DNA of 64,000 bases from IMG/VR virus record IMGVR_UViG_3300045988_074608; one strand, 5' to 3'. A program made the translations under genes and the position numbers. Within the stretch, counting starts at the first letter, position 1, and every line of letters begins with the position of its first letter. The stretch comes from a virus. Shown in pieces: positions 52,768-64,000 of this stretch. The notes under the pieces were generated by a model. The model saw only the letters and a list, made by a program, of their open reading frames with translations, ran no database searches and was not told where the DNA came from.

Positions 52768-54531
52768 TTAATATATCATTGATGCCGACCCCTTGTCGGT
52801 TGTTTTAATATGATAACTATCTCTCAGATTAGCTTCTTGATAATCTATATTAGGTGCATAAGCTCCACTTGTAACATATGTATTACGGTCAGCCTTACCG
52901 TCTTTAGCTGCAATAGATGTATAATTAAACGGCATATAAACTGTACCAACGTTCACAGCTCTATTGTTTTCATCTCTTACATACAATGTTCCCACTGTAG
53001 CTTGTACAACTTGTCCATTTCGTTTAACAGTTGTTGCAACATTATTACCTGTTCTAGGTACAAATACAAGGTGTCTATTAGCTCCAAGAACTCTATCAGA
53101 CTTACCATGTTCATTCAATTTTCTACTTATATCTCTATGTAATGGAATATGTCTTTGCATTATATGATGTGAACCACTTGTTTCTGCTGCCCATCTATCA
53201 CCATCTATTAATCTAGACGCCTCTTGTTTACTAATAGTAAATCCATCTACTATTGAAGTTTTAATAACATCTTTATCACTACTTTTTCCTACTTTTGCCA
53301 CCACATTTAATTTATATTTTCCAGCATCTCCAGCTTTTCTTTGATGTCCAAATCGTTTATAAGTAACTTCAAACGGTTCACCGTGTGTGATTGTAGCACC
53401 TTGTACTTTTGCAGAATATATTTTCGATTGTTTACTATCTTTTATTGTTTTTCCAGTATATGGTATTTTACTAACGGTTTTCTCTAATACTTTTTTAGCT
53501 TCTGATGTAGCTTCTGCGAATGGTAATAATAAACCATTAGCTTTGTATTCATCGATATTTAATCCAATCAAAGCACCCAAACCTCTTAATAATTGCGTCT
53601 AATGATAATTGAGATTAATATCTTGTTTTTCTTTTGCAGCAGCTTTCTAACTTTCATATTGTTGTGCTTGCTTTTGTTTAGCCATATCATGCTGGAATCT
53701 TATATTTTCAAGAGCATATTCATTAACCTTCTTCTCTTCTCTAAGATAATCACTGTTTCTATTTACAATATCATCTGTAAGATACTGCATGGCTAATTTA
53801 TCAATATCTGCTTCAGAAGCTTGCGGGTTCACAGCTCTTACTTTATCTTTAGCTTGCGAATAATAATATTTACCGTAATCACTACTTAAGAAATCATTAA
53901 TATTACTTTTAAGCACGCCACGTATATCATTTTCGTCAACTGTGTAATAATCATAACCGTCTTTTTTCTAATTGGTTAATTTCTCATTGAACTTTTTATC
54001 AAGATGTTTAAACCAATCATCTGTTAGATCATGCAAATTTTTATATTCTATAGGCGATACTCTATCAAACAAACCATTTTTTAATGTATCCCAATCTTTA
54101 AATTTATGTTTCTGAAAGAAATCTTCCATCTACTAACTGTATAAACCCTTAGACTGTAACTGTGCCATTGCTTGAAGATAAGCTTGTCCTGTTTTCGATG
54201 ATTGTATAATTTGATTTATTTTATCTCTAGGTGTAGTTCTTATAACTTTAGCTATCATGGCACGACCCTCTGCTGTTCGCAGAGGATCTATACCCATTGC
54301 TTCCATGTTATCTATCGCATCATTTAATCTACCATATGTTAACTTATCATAATTTTCAACATCTTGTTGAAAAGGAGATGTAAAATCACTGTATTTAGAC
54401 AGATATTCATCCATTCTTTTTTCTCCAGATTCATACTGATCTTTTACAGCATTTAAATAAGCATTCATAATACCAGTATCATATAGCTCTGGGATAGGCA
54501 TATCTACTGGCTAATCATATCTATATATCAT
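52768..54531 (-). CDS. late structural/ejected protein, 587 codons with TAG as sense
   Basis: Fragments 52768-53580, 53647-53916 and 54133-54501 share a frame and join across TAGs, including TAG TAG at 54130-54135. ATG at 54529-54531, TAA at 52768-52770. Confidence 0.6.
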
Positions 54532-54536
54532 AATAA

Positions 54537-56639
54537 TTATTGTTTATACGGATTAATAAATGGAATTGGTTGAGGAATATTTACTAATGATTTAGCTAAA
54601 TCCATAAAGTTCGGCTAGAATGGTTTATACGGATTTATAAACGTTACGTTTTGAGGAACATGTACCAACTATTTAGCAAGATCCGTAAGATATTTTTCAT
54701 TTGGCATAGATACAGGTGGATTACTAAACAATCTATTAATTCGATTTTTACGTCCTGCTTTACTCATTAAATCTTTACGTTTTATATCTAAATCATCTTG
54801 ATATAATTTAACAGTATCACGCCATCTACTATCATCTACGCGTTTCTTATCCCATCTGTAGATATTCTCCATAAAGTCTTTTCTAGCTTGGTTAGCCATT
54901 GCCAATTTAGCAGCATGTGCTTTTTCAAACGCATCTTGATCGTATCTCATAGCATTTGTTCTATTCTCTCTATCAGCTTCACCTGCACGCATTAAAGCGT
55001 CGTAATATTGCTGCTTATATTTATTATTCTACTCGTCAGCTATTCCATAAAGCTTTGCAACATTATTTATATAACTATTATAAAGATCATTTCTAGCAAT
55101 ATATTTCTAACCTGCAGTAAGACCTCCTGTTTGGTCTATATTATATTTATTCTATCTAAGACTATCTCTATACTCTTTAAGTTGAGGATATATATTATAT
55201 CTAAGACCAGCTAAACCATTTAATGCTCTATTAGCGTATTGGTTTTGACTATATGTATTATACTTAGGAATACTTTGTTTATTGATATTTGACAATCTAG
55301 AAAGTGCTTCTGTAACTCCTAAAAGTGATGGAAGTCCAATCTGAAGTTCATTCTACCAATCTTTACCAATTGCATATTGTCTTCTGTAATTATTCATTTG
55401 TCCTTCTATATTATGTTGTTTTGCCTATTGTTGTGCGAGATCTTTGAGCTTATTAAAAGATTCTTGTTTTGACTGTTGTATATTTTTATTATACAAATCA
55501 CTTGTAGCTTTAGATAAAGAACTCAATTTACCATATCGTCCAACTTTGTTCTAAGCTTCATTCATACTTTGAATCTGCATAGTATACGGTGCAGCTTGCC
55601 TTGCGAACGTATCACCAGTTCTCCAATCAATATCATTACCAAGTATTACATTACTATCATCTTCTCTTACAGACGATGGTTGGTTATCAACACCAACTGT
55701 ACCTTTGTCAACAATAGTTGCACTACTATTATTAAAATCTATAATAGATTCTCCTTTACCAACATTACTTTCGTGTGGTCCATTTATAACACCGTATGGA
55801 GAATATACTTGTTTATAATTACCTTCGGATTTACCATTATTATAACACTTAGAATCTTTTCCTCTATTAGCTACTAATATTCCACCTTTAGTATTTCCAT
55901 AATCCTACAAATAATCCTATTGTAATCCTGTGGTTTGAGCACCTGCTTTATTAAACGTAGTGATAGCGTTTGCTTTCTGTTGTGCAACAGCCATTCTGTG
56001 TTTTAGAATTCTTTTCTTACGTCTAGCAGCAGCTCCTCCAAATATACCTCCTATAAGAGATCCTACAGCAGCTCCAATACCGGATCCAATTGGACCACCT
56101 ATCATACCTATCGCAGCACCTGCTCCAGCACCACTTCCAATAGATTTCATTGTATTTCCAGATGTTTGTGCTTTAAGGTTTGCAAGTTCTGCATCTTCAT
56201 CAATACCATTTTGAATATCATAACCAATTCCATTTATCATACCTTGTGAGGTACCTGCGTTCGATAACAGTTGTGACTAATTTGCAACAGGTTGTTTATA
56301 AGCATCTATAAGATTTCCTGCAAAAGCAATTCCTTGCTGAACCATTGCACCATAGTTAGCGTTTTTAAGATTTGTTTTAAAAGCACTAGGACCTTTTGGA
56401 CCTTTTTCTTGAGGACCTTGAGGACCTTGTGGAGTTTGTTGAACTGGTGTTTGTGAATAAGAATTGTTGTTATATGCATTTTTCCAATCCCAACCACTAT
56501 TTATTTCATCTCTAATATCTTTCAACTATCCCCACTGCGGTGGTTTAGGTGGTATATAACCTTGTGATGAATTATCATCTACACCGAATACAAAATTTGG
56601 TTTCTAATTACGTATATATTTAAAAGCTGTTAAATCCAT
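54537..56639 (-). CDS. late protein with glycine-zipper hydrophobic segment, 700 codons with TAG as sense
   Basis: Fragments 54669-54992, 55917-56240 and 56277-56525 share a frame. The gap scan found TAG only. ATG at 56637-56639, TAA at 54537-54539. Contains GSGAGAGAAIGMIGGPIGSGIGAAVGSLIGGIFGGAAA. Confidence 0.6.
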
Positions 56640-59600
56640 GATTTTCTAAATTTATTTATTATATAAGAAATCGAAGCGTTCTTTAAATTATCTATCTCAC
56701 AAATCATATATTTACCACGTTGTCTATTTCCATATTCAACGTTGCCATATCTTGGTATAGAATATCTAAAATTACCTTCTCTATTTGTAATACCAATTTC
56801 ACTTCCAGATTTCTATACTTCTGAATTTAAATTTGTAGACCATTTAAATATACAGTTGTTATAAGAATAATCTTTTGTTAATTGATCGTTTGTTATTATT
56901 TCTTGATTATCAAATACTTTTGTTTCAGTAGGTGATGCATTTACTACATATTTTATAATAGTATTTGGATATAATGTACCATTTTTAGTATTCCATTTGT
57001 TTACAACTAATTTACCATCTTCACAAGACATTAAGTATATATCGTTGTCAAATGTAATACTTTCTTCGAAATCAACTGTATATACAGATGTAAATGCTCG
57101 TAATAAGCTACTAAACGCTAGAGATTGTTCTTCTCCGTTTTTCAACAATACTTTTGAAACAAGTTCATCATAACGTTTATCATAGAATAATTTTGGATGT
57201 TTTATACCACATCTCTCATGCATTATATTTTGTGTACCAAACATCTTATTCATTGCAACGCTACCGTCTGATGTCAGCTATTTCAATTCATTATTATGTG
57301 AATCAAACCAGAATAGAGCTGTAGAAGATTGTGCATCACAGTATTGTTCTCTATGCATTCCTGTTTTTGTATCCAAATAATCATATCTTGATAAAACACC
57401 TCCAGTTCCTAATACAAGTGGTTTTCCAGAATCATCTGTTATCTGAGATCTTTCATTCACGCTAAATTGACCAAATGCGTGTTCCTACCAAAAGAACAAT
57501 TGATTATTAAATGTTCTAAGGTTTGTTATTTCACCATATCTGTCATCTACATCTAAGAAGTTTGCAGGTTTGAATACACACCACGAATCACTATTTTCAT
57601 TATTAGTCTTCTTATCTGAATAATAACATCTGTAATCTACGCTTGTGAGTGTATTTGAATCTTTTGATAAATCTGTAGATTCTATTGATTTAATCTGAGG
57701 TTGTATAGAATATGCAGAATTGTACTCATATTGTGGTTTTTCCTAAGCCCATATTGAATTAACCTGTGCAGGATCTTCTTGTATATTGGAAGCTTTACCA
57801 TCTGTCTATGCACTAAACTCTACTCCTGATGTATATGCGAGATTTATGCTTGTTTCAACAGGTATTGAATAAACAAGACATGCAGTTACAGACATTCCTA
57901 CATTCTTATCATAATATTTATGACATGATACATATTCAAATGGTTGTATGTAACAATCACCATCAAACACATTTGCTACTTTCTAATCTGCAGCAAATAC
58001 ATCTCCATAAGATACGTATGTATTCAAACATCTTGCTGAATAATCATATCCTCCATAAGGTGTAGTTCTTTGTCGTAAATTACACAAATATGTTCCAGAT
58101 ATACTACTTCTATATATATTTACAATATTTCCATCTGCACCCTTGATATAATCTATATACGAACTATTCTATCTATCCTCTACAGAAAGAGTTGATTTGA
58201 ATATTTTATTACTATCTTTGTTTGCACCAGGTATTACTTCAAAATCACCTGTTGTAAATTTATCTGGAACTTTATAATCATCATCTGTAAAACCTGTAGC
58301 TTGTACTGTAGTCGTATTCGTATGAGGTTTCTATATAACATTTGTGCAAATATTTTTATAAAATATATTATTTGCGTTTTCTAATTTCAACAAGATACAA
58401 GATCCTCCAGTACCCATTAATGCAGAACGTCCATCACAATCATCAAGTCTATTACGGTATTTATCATCAGATACAAATATACCAAAATCATTATCAGTAC
58501 TCAGTACTTTATTAGTATTATTAAACGTACCGCTATCTACAACATTACAGTATTGTAAATTACCAATTGTAACTGTATTATTTGTGTATTTTGCAGAATA
58601 TGTTGTAGTTTTATCTACAGTTTTAGAATCGAACAAACCATTCCATGGTATTTGTGAAACAACGTTACAAGCCTATATTTTATAAGAATATCTGTTCATT
58701 TTCAGATTGATAGTATCATAATACGTATCATCTCCGTATTTTGTTTTAACACCTGCCGACTCATATTTTCTGTTAAATACAGTATTACTCTATTCGTATA
58801 ACTTTGTATACCCAAACTGATTGTAATTATATATGTTATCAAGACCGCCAGCTTTTCCAAATCCACGTATATTGCATGTATTATCTGTATCACCTATTGT
58901 TTGATATGAAATAAATGATGGTGTTTTACCAACTGTCCTAAAAACATATTGTTCACCTCTATAGCTATCAAGTCTATGTTCATTTAAACAAGCAGGGTAT
59001 GCCTAATAATATGAAGGGTTTGTTCTACCGTATGGTTGACATATAAACATTGACTACAAACCACTTATCAGCTTCTCTTCATTACTGTTCTCATCATCAG
59101 ATTTATATACTCTATATGTAGATAATTTGTTTTCTGTACCATTGGATAATCGTCCATATAAATCTTTATATATTATTTTATTATTCTCGGTGACAGCTTT
59201 TGGAGGTAGTGCTAAATTATGACCACATACAGAAGATCCTATATAATCATACTTTAAAGACGTACTTAAATTCAAATTTGGATTAATAACATCTGCAGAA
59301 GCTTTCCACGGACAATCAAAATTACGCATTTTTTGTGGATATGTTAATTCATTCGTATTAGCATGATGTCCGAACAAATAACTAACACTATTTAAATATG
59401 TCTAAGTATTATTTACAACCTATTTAATGTAATCTGTATTATATACAGCTTCTGGACATATAAACTAATATAGATCATGATTATCAAAATTATCAGCTTC
59501 TGGTAAACCAACCAAATTATCATTTGTTGAATCGAACTAAGGACTTCTTGCAATCCATATAGAACCTGTCCAGAATTGTTGTGTAGTTAATGTACCTGTA

Positions 59601-61756
59601 GGAGTGTATACATTGTCAATATTTGTATCGTGATCATCTTTGTGTTTGTTTCTACAAATAGGTCTTGCTAACACACCTTGCGCTATATTTTGAATATCGT
59701 TTACAGATCTATGACATCTTACAATTTCATACGAAGTAATCTTATATTTTTCATACTCATTATCACCGTATATCTGTTTCAATTTCTAATTGAACGAATT
59801 GATATCTACTTCAAATTGTATTCCTAACGGATAAACTGTTAATTCTGTATTATCGTCTTCTAAAACACCTTCATCATTATAATGTTGTCCATTTGCACAA
59901 AATGTTTCAAAACCAGGATCATTTATAGAAGGAGTTCTAATATCATCTATCCATAAAGCAGAACTACTTTCTCCTTTACCATTATATAGTACAATTGCAA
60001 ATCTATATAATTCATCCCTTCTTAAAGATTTCAAACCGTATGAAATACAAGGGTTCGCGTATGTACCATTATTATTATTAGGTATATATTTATCTTTTAA
60101 GTTTATTCTACCCAAACTTTCAAGTTGTACTTCCCTATCATTTGTAACCAGATCATAGTGTTCTTTTACAACATTTACAATTGGTACATTAGTACATTTT
60201 GACCATTTTCTAGAATCATCGTTAAAACCATCTGGATATTCTATTCTAATACCTGATACTCTGGAACCAATCTATTTTGGATAAGATCTCGTATAATCAC
60301 CTATAACTGATGTTATAATAAACTACCAGGATATATATTTTCCGCTACCTCCGTATATATGATAATATTCATTAGGAGTTTTAAACTTTTTATACTTACA
60401 AAGATTTTCAGATATAATAAATGATCTTGTTACATCGTTATAATCATTAAAGAAATCACACTTATCATATTCAAGACGCTCTTCTGTAGACATAGCGTCT
60501 CGTTCTTTCATGAATTCAGAATATTCTTTATCTTCATATATACCATATGATTTTCTAAATTTTACGTGGTTTTTATTGTCAACTCTAAATGCACGAGCAT
60601 CAAATTCTTTAGCAATATCATCTAATTCTGACTAATTATCTTTTATATTAGCTGCGAATAATATATCATCTTTAGCTTCTATAGTCTTAGGTATTACATA
60701 TACACCTGATAAATTATTAAATTCACTTAATGGTATTATTTGTAAAGCTTCTTGACCACTGTCTGTATACTACATAAATTTAGTAACCTCACCAGCATCA
60801 TCCTCTTCTGAAGATTCTATTATTGATCTATCATATATAAGAGATATTTCAGGTTCTTGACCATTTTGTTTATAAAATATTCTATAAATATATACATGGT
60901 CAAATAAACTCTAATCACTTTCTAAAGGTATTCTAAGTGATACTCCACAATTTATAGTATCTTTCTCTAAACCACCTTTTGATTTTTTACTTATGATGTC
61001 ATCATCAGTATAACCATATCCTAAATATATAGGTTTTGTAGGTGCTGATAACGGAGATACGTTACCACGCTTTTTATAAAATCTATAAGCATATTGTACA
61101 GTACCTGCTTTCAAACTACCATATACCAAATCACAGAATATAAAAGGTTTTATAACTACATTTGGAAACTAATCATACAACTATACATTTCCAAAGTTAT
61201 TAGCATTAATTTTATCATCAGCTTCTGCAACATTTATAATTTTCATAAAATGTTCACCATCAGCTATGTAAAGTTTAATATTATCTTCAGTTTCCCATGT
61301 TAATACAGTACTTACTTTATCACCGGATAACTGATTTTTTAATTCTGTATTTTTGGTTAAGTTTAAGTCTTTTGAACAGAATATAAGTTTGCAATATTCT
61401 ATGTCATTTTCAGCACTATTTTGTTTTATTCTAATAACAGCCCAGTTTTTATGTTCATCTTCGGCTACGATTATTCCAATATTACGTGTACTACAAGCTG
61501 ATAATATTTTATTTACATTAAATGTAAATGTACTAGATAATACAAAGTTTACTTTAGCTATATTTTTAAATCCTTCTATAGCACGAATTTCACCATATGA
61601 ATTAGTTGCATCTGTTTTATTATCGCCATTATATGAACTTACACGTATATTTTCACCATAAAGATACTATCCTTCTTGTATATTACTGTACGAAACATCT
61701 GTATTCATTCCTTTATTAAAGGATGTTATAGATATATTGTTGTTATTAGTAGCCAT
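56630..61756 (-). CDS. large tail/muzzle-like structural protein, 1,708 codons with TAG as sense
   Basis: Eight fragments (56813..61129) share one frame and are joined by TAG only. ATG at 61754-61756, TAA at 56630-56632. The tail role comes from position upstream of the RNAP/cargo genes, as in crAss-like genomes. Confidence 0.55.
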
Positions 61757-62603
61757 AATAGTAATCGTTATAATTTAATTGTTTTCTACCAACATTTTTG
61801 AAGAATGTATCATCTCCATCCCATTCTGGGACAAGTTTATTCCATTCATTTTTAATACTACGCATATCTGTTTCTGTAGGCATCATAGCTTCTGCATAAG
61901 CTTGAGCTCTAAAGAAATTCCATTGTTGTTGTAGATAATAGTAAACATTTGCAGAATTTCTTACACTACCACCAAGAGAACCTTTCAGATATTTATTGAA
62001 CGACAACTTCCACATTACATACCAGTATATTGCTTCTTGGTATGATGCTGAGTCTGGTATCAAAGGGTATCCTCGTTCATCTGTAGCTATTGCTTTGTAT
62101 GCGAGTTTTATATAACCTTCTGGTTTATTAAATACAAACCAACCTGGTTTTGTAAAATATGTAACATCTTCATCTGAATTAAGCTTATCTTCTGCATATT
62201 TTACAAGGTTGTTACCATAAAACTAAGACTATGCTGTAGGTAATTTATATCTCATTGGTTGTTCTGGTTCATGATGTGTAAATTTATGTTTAACAGGTTC
62301 TTTAAAAGTAGCTATTTCAGATCTAACAGGGACCCATGGACCATTTGGATTATTTGAATAAGCTATACCATTTAAATCATGCATATCATCCGGTATAGGG
62401 ACTTGATTTTCATGTATTTTTAATATGGGACACCCTTCTTGTCCTGACTCTTTCTATATATACTACATCGGTGCCCCAATGTGTTCTATAGCTTCAAATA
62501 TCCATTCTCTTATGTCGGTTATTCTCATATTTTTCTCCGACATATCTGAATCTGCAAGTATTTTAGCTATAACAGATTCACATTTTGTATATTTGTATAT
62601 CAT
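61746..62603 (-). CDS. late structural protein, 285 codons with TAG as sense
   Basis: ATG at 62601-62603, four in-frame TAGs, TAA at 61746-61748. Overlaps the next gene by 11 nt. Confidence 0.55.
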
Positions 62604-63030
62604 CTATATTTATATAATCGTGTTTGTTAAATATAAGCTGTGCCAATGCTCGTTTATTCTACCTTACTAGATTTAAACTATATTTGTACATATCTGGGAA
62701 TGTTTTTTTCTGTTTTGACCAGAATAACCTGTATTTATAGCCGTCAGAATGTTCATTTAAATGATAAATACGTTTACCATATTCTGCAGAAGCTTTATAA
62801 TCTACAGATAGGCTCTTATCAGTAAACGTTTTAGGTTTGTATTTACATATACATATGATACCTAATCCAAAAGGCATTTTAAACACTTCTGAGCGGTTTA
62901 AAATTATATCTAGTATACTCTTATTACATTCGTCTAATATGCGCTTAAAACGAACGTAAGGCACGTCTTTGTTAATCTTATGATATGTTTTATACATATC
63001 ACGTATAGTGTATGAATTTTTATTTCTCAT
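62578..63030 (-). CDS. small late protein, 150 codons, possibly HU/IHF-like
   Basis: ATG at 63028-63030, one in-frame TAG (62659), and a TGA stop at 62578-62580. The HU/IHF guess rests on size, basic composition and crAss-like synteny only. Confidence 0.45.
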
Positions 63031-63703
63031 CTTGCTGTGGACCCTTAGGTTTCACACTTGCTAATGTGCTATTGTTATCATCATCGCTAGGCATATTTAA
63101 TATAAATGCTAATTCGTTCTTCATTATCATAGCTTTTATATCTGGTATCATCCATCCTGGAATCTTTATATCATCTTCATCACCGTCTTCATCAGAATCT
63201 GTAAAAGCACCAGTAACCCATATAAACCTAAGTCTATTCAAATCCGTAAGACCTTCAAGATATATATATTCGTTTTCATACCACCATCCTAACTCTCCGA
63301 ATGTGTATTTTCTAAAAAAGTGAAAATGTCTACGTTTCTCATTCATTTTCTGTATAGGACAACCTTCCTGATCCTGTACACTAGTTATACAGCTGTCACT
63401 AGAACCAGATAATTCTGGTAATTTATCCTTAGTTCTTTTTCTATATAGACATGTATCATCTAATGGTTGTTCATCAATTAACTCTATAGGACCTATTGTC
63501 TTAAGTATATCATCATCGTCCTCTTCATCTTCTTTACCATCTTCTTTATCTTTTTCTTGTTTCTTTTTCAAAATGGCAGCTTTATATGCGAGAATCCATA
63601 ATGCTATCTAAGCTCTTGAGAAATCTTCACTTTCACTTACATTATTGTTTCTAATCATGAGTAGAACATCGTCTATCACACTACGTAATGTAAATAATTT
63701 CAT
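63020..63703 (-). CDS. late acidic protein, 227 codons with TAG as sense
   Basis: ATG at 63701-63703, one in-frame TAG, TAA at 63020-63022. Contains long Asp/Glu runs. Confidence 0.5.
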
Positions 63704-63704
63704 A

Positions 63705-64000
63705 TTATTCAGATTCTATTATTCTAACATCTTCTCCTTTTAATAAATCGTTTGTATTTACAATTTTATATTTATATCGTACAACCTTTTTAAAATCTAA
63801 TGTAAACAAACGTTTAAAGAAGTTCTTTTTGTTTTTATACTCTTTTTTCTTGTATATGTATAAATACTAAGTATTACGTACATCTAATTTTATAGATATA
63901 CTATCTTTACCTATACTGTAATATACATTTGTAAGGTCATTGTATTTAATACTATCTGTAAATATAGTATCTTTAATAACTGTAACCTAACCCCCTACCC
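63705..64000 (-). CDS. C-terminal part of a late gene running off the window
   Basis: The frame is open to the window edge with two in-frame TAGs. TAA at 63705-63707 abuts the next ATG. Confidence 0.45.

Noticed and set aside
28595-64000. The fragmented - strand ORFs could be pseudogenes, frameshift-ridden sequence or assembly errors.
   Set aside because: All interruptions are a single codon type (TAG). The frame is preserved across every interruption for up to 17.8 kb, and TAA/TGA are absent in frame. Decay or sequencing error would produce mixed stops and frameshifts.
28595-64000. TGA or TAA might be reassigned instead of, or as well as, TAG.
   Set aside because: The hand scan found no in-frame TGA or TAA inside the merged genes. 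TAA ends eight late genes and TGA ends one (62578-62580).
1-64000. I looked for CRISPR arrays, integrase/excisionase, transposases and long direct or terminal repeats.
   Set aside because: I saw no regularly spaced repeat array and no recombinase-like ORF. Repeats found are only short motif families. A computational repeat search would be needed to exclude long-range repeats.

Overview
This is an AT-rich dsDNA phage segment. Its layout and motifs fit a crAss-like (Crassvirales-type) phage of a Bacteroidota host.

(1) Early/replication module, 1-28.5 kb, + strand. It reads normally in the standard code. It holds small early genes, an ECF-type sigma factor, family B DNA polymerase, DnaB-like helicase, a Sak4/AAA_24-type ATPase split by an apparent group I intron carrying an HNH ORF, an SSB with a DDLPF tail, a TOPRIM primase, two PD-(D/E)XK nucleases and an AAA+ ATPase. 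It also carries tRNA-Gln(UUG) and tRNA-Leu(UAA).

(2) Late module, 28.6-64 kb, - strand. In the standard code it falls into about 55 fragments. Every interruption I checked is TAG, and neighbouring fragments keep one frame. Reading TAG as sense (probably Gln) gives 9 genes that end on TAA or TGA. One is a 5,944-codon ORF with the crAss-type virion RNA polymerase DFDID motif, a PD-(D/E)XK nuclease motif and a DUF1848-like Fe-S module. Another is a 2,108-codon ORF with an HExxH motif.

(3) The early module has unusually many ORF-free, structured regions:
- a tmRNA-like tRNA-like domain in circularly permuted order with a G3:U70 pair;
- tRNA-like acceptor/T-arm elements just upstream of the polymerase, primase and other genes;
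- two families of conserved-loop hairpins;
- a 2-kb ORF-free region.

I found no CUA-anticodon suppressor tRNA, integrase or CRISPR array by eye. All frame scans and counts were done by hand and should be recomputed.
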